Shown here piece by piece: positions 23,473-36,862 of a stretch of DNA of 64,000 nt (position 1 is its first letter; every line of letters starts with the position of its first letter). The stretch spans positions 11,284,001-11,348,000 of the forward strand of contig JBHGNT010000009.1 in NCBI GenBank assembly GCA_043228905.1, given 5' to 3'. Below the pieces are notes generated by a model that saw nothing but the letters and a program-made list of their open reading frames with translations, made no database searches and was not told the DNA's origin. The translations under genes were made by a program, and so were the position numbers. Source of the stretch: Azolla caroliniana (Eukaryota > Plantae > Polypodiophyta).

Positions 23473-26404
23473 GACTGGAGCAACTATGAATCCTGGTCAT
23501 ATAAAATGCACCAGTACCTGCTAGGGCATGGATATTGGAGCTATGTGGAAGGAACCACCAAGGTAGCACCGGAGTTGGCACACAAGGACTTCCCGACATG
23601 GGAGCAAGGAGCGAGCCAAGTATTGTACTGCCTCATGTCTGGTGTGCACGATTAGATGCTCAGCTACATCAAAGATGCAAAAACGTTGGAGGAGGCCTGG
23701 GAAAATCTCCGGAAGATTTTCACCGCTAGTACCACGGCATGGAAGTTGCAGCTCCGACAAGAGCTCAACAATATCCGATAGAGGGATATGTCCGTGACCG
23801 ACTACACCACCAAGATAAAGGAGATTTGTGATGCACTCGGGTCTATCAACGTGACGGTGGACGAAGACGAGATAGTTCAAATCTGCCTTGGTGGTCTAGC
23901 ACAACGGTACGGGCCAATCCGGACGGCGATTTGCACGCAGGAGAAGCCACCGTCCTTCTTCGACTTACAATCCATGTTGATGGTTGAAGAAAACCATGCG
24001 AGTGGGTCGAGGACCACTCAATCAGACAACCAGATGTTGTACACGGAGGCGGATCGACCCTGTGGGCGTGGAGGACGAGGTGAGTCGGCACGCAATGGAA
24101 GAGGCCGACAAGAGTAGAACCGAAGGCCCGAAGACAGTGCTGACAACAGTTCTGGACACTCCACAAGCAAGAGGAGTCAAGTCGGAGCCGGAAACCAGCA
24201 ATCGAAGGCCGACACGGAATGTTGGTATTGTGGCAAGAAAGGCTACCGAGAAAGCGACTGCTGGAAGAAGCGCGCAGATTCGGATAAATCTGGATCCGGG
24301 AAACTAGCAAAGCTCACAGTACGTACAAGGATCAGAAGGATCCGTAACCGGGAAGATCAGTAAAGTGCCAACCTTCCTGATGAAGCACAAGGCTAACTCG
24401 ATGAAGAAGTCTACTTCCAAATCGGAGGAAGTATGATACGTTGATTCCGAAGCATCTAACCACATGACAAGCCATCAAGAGTAGTTCTCTTTTTTGGAGA
24501 AATTGGAACAACAAGGGATTGTCGAAACCAAAGACGACACCCCTCACCCGATTGTGCATGTCGAAGAAGTCCCTTTAAGCCATGTCGGACAAAAGGGGAA
24601 GCTGATGAACGTACTACACATTCTGACTATCACAAAGAACCTAGTGTCAGTTAGACAAATCGTCGACCAAGGGATGTAGGTGTGGTTTGAGCACCTTGGG
24701 TACTTCATCGAGGAAGAAGGCTGGATAATTGCGCAAGGGCACAGAGAAGGGAGGATGTTCATCCTCAACACAAATGACGTCAACACCTCCATGTTTGCCA
24801 AAGGACAGAAGATTGAATCAGACATTGATCTCTAGCATAAGTAGATCGGTCACGTCAATTATTGGAGGCTTCAGGACCTCCAATCGAAACAAGTTGTGTT
24901 CGGATTGCCGAAATTCAGTGGCCGAAAGGCCCAAATTTTTGAAGCCTGCCAGCTCGGGAAGCAACACTGGCTTCCATTCCCCACCGAACGAAATCGGAGC
25001 TATAACAAGCTCAACTTAATCCATTCGGATGTATGGGGACCATCACAAAACGTTAGTCTTGGTGGGAGTCGGTATTTCGTCTCCTTCATTGACGACTACA
25101 GCCGGCACACGTTGATCTACCTCATCGAAAGCGAAGGCTTCGACTGTTTCCAGAACCTTCAAAGCTTAGTCGAAAGGGAAACAGAGAGGAAGATAAAGTG
25201 CTTGCGGTCGGATGGCGGAAAAGAATAATTTTCCGGCCAATTCAATAGTTATCTGCAACAGAAGGGAATTCAACGAGAATTCAGCTGTAGGTACACACTA
25301 GAACAAAATGGTGTGTGGCCAAAAGAAAGAACCGGTCAATTGTCGATGCGGCGAGGGCAATGCTGGAGGAAAAGAGCATGCCCAAACTCTACTGGGCTGA
25401 GGTGATCCGAACGGCCGTCTACATCCAAAACCGGACCGGAGACAAGGTGTCGGCACACAGTTGTTGCGTGGAGCAGCAAAAAGCAGTCGATAGTGGCTCT
25501 GTCGAGCATTGAGGCTGAGTATTGGGGCGCTACCAATGCCACCTATGAAGCCATTTGGCTTCGGCGACTGCTGCGTGAACTTTGGATCGAGGTACCAACC
25601 CTGATCCTGATCTACTATGACAAAATGAGCAGCATTCACCTCGTCAAGAACCCTGTAATCAAACAAAGCACATAGAAGTGCATTATCACTTCGTGTGTGA
25701 GCGGGTCCTGAGTGGTGAAGTTGACCTTCGATATGTTCAAACGGATTGGCAGATTGCCGATATCTTCACCAAACCGCTCAGATTGGACATGTTGTAGCAC
25801 TTCATGGAAATGCTTGGTGTTAAGCATCTCGACGTGCCACACTTGAGGGGGAGAATAGGAACAGGAATGGATGGCACCGGACAAGGAACCGGAGAGGAAG
25901 AAAGAACAAAGGGGGAAGATAAGCAGAAAAAAGAAGTTGAGCTAACCAAAGGAGTCGGCACATCCGAACAAGTCGGAGCAAAGGGCATTGGTGGTAGAGT
26001 CAAGAAGGATAAAGCCGATCGGAAGAAGGCCAAGACCCGGACGTGGTCTGATGTAGTGAAGGGCCTAAAAACGGAAGACGAGTTGGAGACTACCAACTCG
26101 GACAAGAGATGGAACAAATTTGAGATAGCCGATTCAGTTCAACAGATGGATTCGGACGAGCTGGATCTACTAAAGGCCAAGTAGACGAGGATGTAGTGGA
26201 AGTCGATGCCAACATGAAGGACTCGACGAGTCGATAAGCGCCGAAGTCGTAGCAGCGAGGGAGCTGAAATGGGCCTCATAAACAGACAAGGCGACCGAGA
26301 AGGTTGAGGTGCGCAGAACCGAACAAGTCACAGGAAGCGGAACCGGACCGGCTGCCACAAACACTAACACCATGATCTGACCTCAAGTTAAGCTTGAGGG
26401 GGAG

Positions 26405-26839
26405 TGTTGAGTGGGCAAGCTCAACCGGATCCGGATCGGCATCCAAAGCCAAGAGCCGGATCGGTATCCGGAAACAACCGGTCGGATCAGGGAGACGGAT
26501 CGGAGAGACGGATTCGAGTGCGAACCAGAAGCCTAGTAGTAGCCTAGACTACTAGGTAGTTGTTGTCTCGTAGTTAGTGTCAGTCGCTCATAGGAGCATC
26601 GAAGTACATTGTACTTCTATCAGTCCTTCTAAGGACTTGTATAAATAGTGTTGTGTAAGCAACTTGTAGGGGTACAAAGAACTATTGTTTTGAATCTACT
26701 TTTATGTTCTGTCTATCTCTCTCTCTCTATGTCTCTCCCGCACATATTTTCTGTGTGAAGGTTCCATTGAACCTTCTCATCTTCTGTTGTTATCCGGCTC
26801 AGCCGGTTTGTTGAACGCTTCCACACGTTTACTTTTACA
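26405..26839 (+). repeat. 3' LTR of copia C
   Basis: Direct repeat of 18081-18554; PPT adjacent. Confidence 0.92.
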
Positions 26840-29631
26840 TGAAGCGATTGCCCCATTTGTCATTCATGATCGCACACGGTGGATGAATGAGAATATACCA
26901 TGTTAAATCGGAGTACAATGTCAATTTGCCATCTGGAGCCTCAGTGGACTAATCGCCACAACGACCAAGGTCGACAAGAGGAGCATTACCGGAATACACA
27001 ACGTAATCAGCATCAGGGCCGGTTGAACCATCTTCACCGCAACAATGATTCGTATTAGGACGAAGAAGAGCAAGAAGAAGAGGATTACCCGAGCAATGAC
27101 GATTACAATCCTGCTACGATAATCAATCGCGGCAGCCAGGCTAAGTCGCGCTCGTACGAAGGGAATCGCTATCACGGATCAGAGTTTTGAGGAAGAATGA
27201 CGCCAGAATAATCGTCGTGAGTATCGCCAGAAGCCCCGTAATAACAAGCGGTTTCAGCGATCTCGGGAAGAATAGAAGACATCTGTTGAGCCAGTGGCAC
27301 CCCCAGTAGTCAAAAAAGGTGAGTCCAGTATCCATTGTTTTATTTGTCAACAACCAGGCCATTACACAACTCAATGTCCACGTCGTGATAAGGGAAAAGG
27401 GCCAACATTGAACACAATTAGGACGGAAGTCCAGCAAGTTACGACCTTTAGCAAGGTGAAAACCACAGACTGGGCGGAACAAGAGGAGATCTGGAAAGCT
27501 GCAAAAGCTTGGGTAGAAAAAGCAAATGAAGCCAATGTGGAACGCATGCGGCAAGAATCCGGGCGCGCCACCACTTATGACCAAGAGACGGAATTGGCGC
27601 CGGATTCAATATGGCAAGCAGTTGCCGATTGCGAGTTCACACTAACAATGGACAAATTATTAAATCTAGTTCCTCGGTTTCGACAGACTGTGGAAAACCG
27701 AATACGGGGCACAGAAAAAATAGAAATTCCGGCGAATTTTACAGAGTCTAACATAGGCTCAGTTGTGGTTGATCATCATCACCCAACCATCAAGGTGGTG
27801 CTTCAAGGGGAGGAAATCACAGGTTGCATTATCGATGGCGGCTCTAGGGTGAACGTGATTACTAAGGCCACGTGTAACCGACTCGACATTACAGAATGGG
27901 AAGCCTACCCATTTTAGCTCCGAATGGCGGATACTCATTCTGTCAGACCATTAGGGTTGGTCCGGAAATTACGGATCGTAATCGACAGACATTCCATTGA
28001 AATTGTCATTGTTGTTTTGGCTCTAGACGCACCAGGGGCATATTGTATCTTGTTAGGATGACCATGGTTACGATATGCTAATATCAAGAAGAACTTGCAA
28101 TACAACTGCATTAGCTTTCTATGAGGCCGAGCCAAGGTCCAGGTGCCGACGCAGGAAACCACCTCGCCTACAAAAGCAATTACGCCACTATACGCGGAAG
28201 AACTTAACATGCTGGAAGGGTTGGAGGATACGAAAATCGAAGCATACCTAGACTAAAATCCACGGATCGTACAACTGTTTGAGATAGACATCCTTCAAAC
28301 CGCTAACGAGTACGTATCGGCGGCTGCACCAAACGGTGAGGCGTATGAACCGGATCCCGAATAATTGCTAGAGTTGAGCAAAGCACAGGAGGCATTTGAG
28401 CAAGAGATGGAAATCTCATGACAAGCCACGACATCGATGATGGAAAAAATCAATGTAGGGTCAGTTGAGGCACCAAGGCCACTGTCGATAACAAAGGACT
28501 TGATGGCAACCAAAAAAATTGTAATGATTGACTTATTATGAGAATATAAAGATGTGTTCGCATGGTCACACGAGGACATGAACGGGCTAGACCCAAAATT
28601 TTACCAGCATAAAAATAACTTGGCCACGAACGCGAAACCAGTTCAACAGAGATGCTACCACATGGATCTGAATTACGCAGCACACGTAAAGGAGGAAATT
28701 GACAAGCTCTTGAAAGTTGGGTTTATTCAACTACTAAAACAAGCTACATGGTTGAGCCCAATCATAGTCATTCCCAAGAAAAATGGCAAAATCCGAGTCT
28801 GCGTTGACTACCACAAGTTGAACATCGTTACAATCACAGACGCATTCTCTTTGCCATTTACGGATAGCGTACTCAACGCGGTCGCAAACCATGAAATGTA
28901 CAGTTTCCTAGATGGGTTTAGTGGGTACAACCAGATATGCATACACCTGCAATATCATAAGAAAACCGTTTGTAACTGACTAGGGCGTGTTTGTGGCCAT
29001 AGTAATGATGTTCCGATTAAAGACCGCTCCGGTCACATTCCAACGCGTCATTGCCGAGATTTTTGGCGACTTCATTCCTACATTCGTGCAAGTCTTCCTC
29101 AATGACTTTGTTGTCTATGGGACCCGAGTGGATCATTTAGGCCATCTATGACTATGTTTAGAACGATGCCATACTTCACGACTTAGCCTCAATCCGGCGA
29201 AGTGTGTTTGGAGTCACCAGTGGAGCCCTTCTCGGGCACATAGTGAGCAAAGACGGTATTGCGGTGGATCCTGGGAAAATCAAAGCCATCGTCATAGCTT
29301 GGGCTCCTAGCAACACAAACGCTCTTAGCCGCTTCTTGGGGAAATTTTGTTGGCACAGCCGCATGCTGTGTTATTTGGCGGATTTCGCAACGCTGTTACA
29401 TGTCGTCGTACACTGCATGCCATTCAAATGGACCACAACGGAGGATAAGGTGTACGAAGCGCTAAAAGTGATGCTTACACAAGCGCCCGTTGTGCAACCT
29501 CTGGTTTGGTTAAAACCATTTCACATATTTGTCGATGCATTCGACATAGCCATCGGTAGCGCACTCATGCAGCTCATCAAGCTAAGTTGGTATCAGCCAG
29601 TATATTATTCCAGTCGCAAGTTAATAGACGT

Positions 29632-30399
29632 TGTCGTGCCTTTCAGCTCCGGATCATTGCGTGAGTCGGGTGGGAACCGCCGAGGTTTTGGACTAGGAGA
29701 AAGAAGAATATGAGATGAGGCTAGTAATGAATAGATTATTAGAAAGAGAGATAGAAATTTCATGAATCCCACGAGTGTATTGTATTCGATTAATCAATAT
29801 TTAGATAAGAATATGTATTTAGATTGAAAGAGATAGATTATCTTAAACTTCGTGAATCCCACGAGTATATTTTATTAATTGGTTGGTGTTTTCGGAAATA
29901 TATCCAATTTCCAAATATTTCACACACTATTACATTGTGCTCCCCATCCTTATGTAGTGATGGGAGAGACTAAGCATAGCTACATGCTTTTTTTTTCTAA
30001 TATGTTCATGCACACTAAATATGCATGTGATGCTTTTCTAATCCTTGTTTTTATTTGCTAAATATAGTGCTCATGCACGCTAGATGTGCACGAGTCACTT
30101 TTTAGTTGCTTGCGTTTTTTTTCTATAAAATATTCACACACTCTAAAAATGCACGATTTACCTTTTAATAAAGGTAGGCACAAATAAAGCACTTATAGTT
30201 ATTAAATCTATTTATAGAACACTAAAGATAAGGTAGTATAATGGTAAAGTTGAGGTTTGGCTACGTGGAGGTACAGGGTTCGAATCCTGCCCTATGCATG
30301 TGATAAATATCTTGATATATTATTTTATTTATTTATATGTAATTAAATCGGTTATATTATTTTTACTTTTTCACGTAGTGTACGAAATACACTACGACA
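29632..30399. mobile_element. Probable solo LTR (768 bp) inserted in the RNaseH of the host gypsy; carries a tRNA-like cassette
   Basis: TGTCGT…ACGACA inverted termini; ACGT duplicated on both sides; removal restores RKLIDVEPNYSTTERE in frame. Confidence 0.78.
30227..30297 (+). other. tRNA-derived (A-box/B-box) cassette inside the solo LTR
   Basis: TAGTATAATGG at 30234-30244 and a perfect B-box GGTTCGAATCC at 30277-30287 within CAGG-GTTCGAAT-CCTG; offset 43 nt. Confidence 0.72.
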
Positions 30400-31478
30400 A
30401 CGTTGAACCGAACTATTCAACAACCGAGCGTGAAGCCTTAGGAATGCTCTACAACATCAACAAATTCCAACATTATCTATTAGGTCGGAAATTCACTTTT
30501 CATGTGGATCACACCGCATTGTTGTACCTTGTCGCTAAAAAATCACTAACCGGGAAATTGGCCCAATGGATGCTGCTATTACAAGAATTTGAGTTCAAAA
30601 TCCAGCATCGGCCAAGGACACAACATGGGGTGACGGATTATGTAGTCGTAGGGCATGACAACTTTCCGGACGCCGAAATCTTGTGTATTACGATAGCCGA
30701 GGAGAAAAACGGCAAGCACTCCCCAGATAAATGGCTGATGGAAATGATTTCCTTCTTAAGTATGGGGCTACCACCTCTGAAGCTAAGGACGGATGAAAAG
30801 AAATAACTAGCAGTTAGGAGCCAAAACTTCTATGTCTTCAAAGGAATATTATACCATAAGGGAAGCGACAATAGTTGGCGGCGGTGTGTACGACAAGACG
30901 AAAAGGATGCGGTCTTACGAGAGGCTCACTGTTGCACAGTAGGGGGGGCACTACGCAGGGGATGTAACAGACCGGAAGGTATGGCAAGCAGGACTGTGGC
31001 GGTGTTAAGATTCTATTACTAATCAATAGACCAAATCAAGTAAAAAGGAAGAAAATAGATTGGATAGAAGAACCCGTTCCACCCGACCACCCCCGAGCTA
31101 TGATCTAGACATAGCCAACCTACCACCGACGTCCCATACCGCCGGATATTAGGATGACTAATACCTTGGAAGAGATAAACACGATCGTCGAGACGAAAGC
31201 CTAGCCCACACCACCGGTGTCTACGACAGCAGCCTTCCGACGTGATGATCTTTATGAGGGTAGCTAAGCCTCATATTTATACCTTTTCCTAGGCCCCTTG
31301 AATAGATGTGCCTTTCTAAAAGGCTCTCTATTCATTGGTTGTCTAAATCATGATAGTGCATGCACATATCATTCATTCTATCCAATCATTAGTCCCCTTT
31401 TTAATAATAGTGAACATACCCTTCACTAATGTAAATATTAGTGACCTACCCTCACCAACGTTATGTGTACATAGTCCC

Positions 31479-34400
31479 CTACTTCAAAAGATTGCACTCT
31501 TGCAATATAAAGTGAGGAAATTGTGCCTTAAGCGAATGCTCGCGTTCCCATGTGGCATCATCAATAGGTTTATCCATCCATTTGATCTTGAATAGCCGAA
31601 TCTCTTTAGAACGTAAACGTTTAGTACGAGAATCAAGAATTCGTTCAGGAACATGAGGTTTGTAAGAAAAATCCTCTAATGTTACAAGATCTTGGATTGT
31701 GCTGGTGTTATCACCAGAGCCTAAAAATGGTTTTAGACGACTGACGTGAAAAACAGGATGAATACCAACGTTACGAGGTAAGGCAAGGTGATAAGCAGAT
31801 GACCCAACTCGCTTAAGGATTTCAAATGGGCCACAATATCGTGGGGCTAACTTAGCGCACTTGACCGTAGATAATGACGTAGAATCAGTCGGGACACGCA
31901 AAAAAACTTTTTGACCAATAGTAAATGCACGAGGACGTCTATCCTGATCAGCATAAAATCGAGCACGATCTTGAGCTGTCTTGACATTTTCTTTGGCAAT
32001 ATGCAACATTTGGTTCATGTCTTGCAAAAAATTGCGTGTACTGTCTAATGTATCACGATGAATCGTGACATCAACTGGGGCACGTGGCTGAAAACCATAC
32101 ATCAACATAAAAGGACTATATCCAGTGGATGTATGTTTAGAGCTATTATAGGCAAATTCTAAGATAGGAAGGTATTGCTCCCACTTAGAAGGGGTTTTTT
32201 GCTACATAAGCTCGAAGCATGTCCTCAATAATTTGATTAACTCGTTCAGTTTGTCCATCAGACTGAGGATGATCTGCGGAACTCATGCTCAACGTAGTTT
32301 CTAGTTTCTTAAAGACCTGAGTCCAAAAGTCACTAGTAAACTTGGAATCTCGATCACTAACAATATCCATCGGTAATCCATAAAAACGAAATAACTCATC
32401 AACAAATTGATAAGCCAACTGTTGAGCGGTTACCGTGGTTTTTGTAGGAATAAATCTAGCTAATTTTGTTAGCCTGTCAACGACAACCCATATGGCATCA
32501 TGACCCCTCTGTGTACGAGGTAAACTAACAATAAAATCCATCGAGATACTTTCCCATTTATTGTTGGGAATATCTAAGGGATGTAAAAGACCAGCAGCTT
32601 TAAGTCGTTCCGACTTATTAATCTGACATTGTAAGCATTGAGTTACGTATTTATGCACGTCAGAGCGCATCTTAGGCCAGAAAAAAGTACATGAGATGAG
32701 AACGAGTGTGCGTTGTATTCCAGGATGACCAGCAGATGGTGCATCATGACATTCATGAAAAATTTTCTGTTTAACATTTAGTAAATCTGGAACACAGACC
32801 TTTCCACTACGGTGGAGCAAACCGTTTGTAATGTGAAAGGTCGCCTTTGAGGGTAGGGTGCTAGTATCGGCATCTAAACCAGATTCGGCTTTCGTCCAGT
32901 ATTTTGAGAAATAACTGTCATCAAGGTATTTCCCTTGAAGGTGATCTAAAAGATCAGATTTTATTTCCATGAAGCTAAGCATGTTAACTTCTTTAATGCG
33001 ACTAAGAGCATCAGCAACGGTGTTCATAGAACCCTTGCGATATCGTATGGAAAAATCAAAATCTTGCATAAGGTCAGCCCAACGGCCTTTACGACCAACA
33101 AGATCGGGCTGGTCACAAAAATACTTTAATGATTGATGGTCTGTTGTAACCACAAATTTATTTCCATAGAGATAGTGCCTCCATGTTTTAAGTGCGTGTA
33201 TCACCGCAAACAACTCTTTCTCTTGAACCGAATACCGAGATTGAGCAGCATCAAGCTTCTTACTTTCAAAAGCAATAGGGTGACCACCTTGATAAAGAAC
33301 GGCACCAATAGCATAATCACTAGCATCGGTTTCAATTGAGAAAGGCTTAGAAGGGTCTGGTAATAGAAGAGTGGGAGCCTGACACACATGCTCCTTGAGT
33401 GTCTCAAATGATTTGTCAAGTTGTTCATTCCATGAAATTGGTTTGACAGACTTACGTGGATGACCTTTTAAAAGGTCAGTTAATGGCGTAGTCAATTTGG
33501 AATAGTTACGAATTGATTTTCGTAAAAATCCAACAAACCCTAAGAATGATCTAAGTTCACGAATATTACGAGGAATGGGCCAAAGTTTAACCTTTTCAAT
33601 ACGAGAAGGTTCAATTTCAACGCCATTTTCTGTAATTAAATGACCTAGGTACACAATAGATTTTTGGAAGAAGTCACATTTTGAATGTTTTGCATAGAAA
33701 GAGTTGTCACGCAACTTTCGCAAAACAAATCAAACATGTTGAACATGATCTTGCAAGGTACGGCTATATATCAAAATATCATCCAAGAAGACGACAACAA
33801 AATCACCGAGTTGATCTCGGAAAACATCATTCATCGCTTGTTGGAATGTGGCTGGAGCATTAGTCAACCCAAATGGCATGACTAAAAACTCATAATGGCC
33901 ATAGCGCGTACGAAAAGCGGTTTTAGGAATATCATCCTCGGCGATGCGAATCTGATGATAACCAGTTCGTAAGTCAATTTTCGTAAAATATCGAGCCCCG
34001 TGCAAACGATCAATCAAATCATCGGCACGAGGTAATGGATATGCATTCTTAATTGTCATTTTATTCAAACGGCGATAATTGATACACATTCGCCACGAAC
34101 CTTCCTTCTTCTTGAGTAATAGAACTGGCGCACCCCAAGGTGATTTACTATACCTAATGTGGCCCATACTCAAGTATTCCTTAAGTTGTTTAGCGATCTC
34201 ATCCTCTTCTAATCGACTAAGTCGGTAAGGTGGAATGCTCACAGGAGCAGCCCCAGGGATGAGTTCAATTTGATGGTCCACATTACGTTTAGGTGGTAAA
34301 GTAAGCGGTAATTCAGTAGGAAACACATCTTGAAAATCCTCTAAAATAGAGTCGAGTAATCGTTGCTCAAAATGTGGTAATTGTGTGGCGTCAATATTAA

Positions 34401-35876
34401 AATAATAAAATTGAACTGCAGGATCAATTACACACGAATAAATTAATGAACTAGAATACTCACTTAAAGATTTAGAAGACACAAGTGAATGAGAAGGAAG
34501 TTTGGAACATTGAATAAAATGTTTACAATTATTAAGTTCAAATGTGATTGAGTGATTAACCCAATCAATGGACAAAGAAGGGTTTTTATTAAAAAACCAA
34601 GGATATCCTAAAATGACATCTGCGGATTGTAATTTCATAACATGAAAGTCAAGCTTCTCCAAATAAGTATCTATTTGAATTGGCAGTTGACAAACAATGC
34701 CACTGATGTATTGAACGTTTCCATTTGCCATGTGAACTTGATAGATATGATCACTTGCGTTTATGTGGAGCTCCATTTGCTGCACAAAGTGATCATTAAG
34801 AAAATTGTGAGAACTACCGGAATCAAACAAGAAATGTGCTTGTGTTCCATTGATATATCCGACTGCTCGGAGTAAATCATTAGGTCCAAGTAAATGTGAA
34901 GGAAAAGTGCATTCACATAAACTTAAGTGATTGGTATGAACTTCAACAATATCAAAAGACTCACCTGTGTGACTCGTAGATTTGTCTTGAGGAGGGGTGT
35001 TCATTGACTTCCTCTCAAGACGACGACAGGTATCCTTTGTGTGGCCCCGCTTCTTGCACAGAAGAGGTTCGGTTTCTTTGAGTCGCGGTCAAGAGTGTCA
35101 CTGGATTGCTTACGTTTCCCAATGAACTTGACATTCGGAGTTTTGGCGAACTCGGGTTTATTGTGGTCTTTCTTGGAAGTCCTATGGTATCGCAGCACAA
35201 TGTTGACGGCTTCCTCGAAAGTTGTGGGGTCCTTGTCATGGACAATCCAATGATAATCCCCATTGGGAATACCATTCAAAAAACAAGCGACAAACCATTT
35301 CTCACCCGTAAGTCCCGATTTTTGGATCTGGGTCCGAGCGTGATGCACATAATCCTCGAGAGAGGTAAATGGCTTACTAGACAATGTGAGCAAGTGTTGC
35401 GCTTGTTCGGTTTGAGAAGGTGGCTGCAAGAATTGTTTCTTAAAAACATCAACGAAACCTTCCCAAGTTGTGGGTAAGTTTTTTGCGGTCCTTAGGCCAC
35501 GCCACCAAGCAGCAGCTCGGCCACCTAACTCACGACCGACATAACCAATTTTTACTGCATCGGGCTTGGGATGAAGCTCAAAGTGAGACTCCCAACGACC
35601 AAGCCAAGTGCTAATAGCCTCCTCGGTTCTTTCTTTCTTATCTCCCTTGAAAGGCGTGACTACGAAGGAAGGTTCACCTTCTTTCTTGGACTCAATAGTT
35701 AATTCTTGGAATTTCTTTTCCAATGCCATATTGGCCTGTCTCATTTCGGCCAATTGATTCAAGGTAGTAGTGAGCAATTGCTCAATAGTGATCTCAGCTT
35801 GTGTGCGAGATGTGGATTGGGGTTGAGAGGTCTCATTTGGAGAGATCGTTCCAACTGCGTTCAAAACTTGTTCCAT
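31479..35876 (-). pseudogene. gag-pol polyprotein (Gag, PR LFDSGS, RT VFLDD, RNaseH, INT, chromodomain) with two frameshifts and one stop
   Basis: ORFs 35001-35876, 33730-35004, 32185-33723 and 31479-32108; C-terminal PERILDSRTKRLRSKEIRLFKIKW…ATWE. Confidence 0.93.
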
Positions 35877-36862
35877 GATGCACGTTGTGGGTATGCAATA
35901 AAATAAGGAGGTTCAGAAAATACACAAGCAAAATGAATGCTTGAAATTTTGATTGAAAGAACTTTATCCAAGAAAGTATCTCATGTCTTTACCCCTCTAG
36001 ACATATGAGATGTGATTCGAGATCCGATAACTATGGTAACACTATGGTGTTTTAAAAACCATGGGGGAAAACATAGCTAAGATGTATTTCTCGGATCTCT
36101 ATCTTGAGTAATCATGGCGGCTCCCCGAGGCTCAACCATGGTTCTTACATCAATGAAATTTCCTAGATAGCCTTATATTAATGCCAACCCATCATGTATT
36201 ATATGGTCGAGAAAGTGTATTACGTGAAAAAACAAGTGCACTCACAAGTAATATTCTAGTCTTGCGAGCAATAAGCAAACGTGATGAGAAAATGATAAAA
36301 TAAGGCACTACTCATAAGAGTTTAAGTAGTGACGAAAACAAGGGTAAAAAAAAAGAACCCATGTGTTACCTACGAAAAAAACAATGTCACAAATAAATGG
36401 GAAGTGCAAGGTATGCACATATACATCCCAATATGATTGTTATAACTTGCACAATTGTGACATAAGCCACAAATTGATACAAGTGATGACGGTGTTGTGC
36501 GCAAAGATGTAATACTCAAATCCATGAGTAAAACATCAATAAGGGAACTCATATGGTTTTACTCATTTTCTAAGGCTTGATGATAAGAGTTAAACCTAGA
36601 TGACCCGTTGAAAAAAAAATCGTTCAACAAGCCACTCCATACGAAAAAATAGTCTACACGTAAAGGTTACATTAAAAATAAACGATGTAAATACTTTATA
36701 CATGAAAAGGAAGTGGAAAAAGGAGAGTTAATTGTGGGCGGGTAAATAATAATTACTAGAAAATCATATAAGTGAAACAATACTTATGAAATTAAAATTT
36801 AATTAGAATAATCAACAATTAGGTGTATGGAATCAAACATGCCCTAAGATACGAAACCCTAG

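Larger units (their letters stand above)
18081..26839 (+). mobile_element. Ty1/copia retrotransposon C (same family as A and B), both LTRs present, RT deleted (integrase joined to RNaseH near 25458)
   Basis: LTRs 18081-18554 and 26405-26839; PBS TGGTATCAAAGC 18555-18566; PPT GAGGGGGAG 26396-26404; decayed TSD CGAAC/TGAAG. The host gag frame is restored when the element is removed. Confidence 0.92.

Noticed and set aside
21102-23524. Many Cys/Tyr/Val/Met/His-rich ORFs
   Set aside because: Artefacts of TA/TG/CA microsatellite translation in all frames.
35001-35004. ATGA overlap of the gag stop and pol start, suggesting termination-reinitiation
   Set aside because: The pol frame upstream reads [11 protein letters not shown], the second half of the Gag zinc knuckle, so the split is a small deletion in an originally fused gag-pol.
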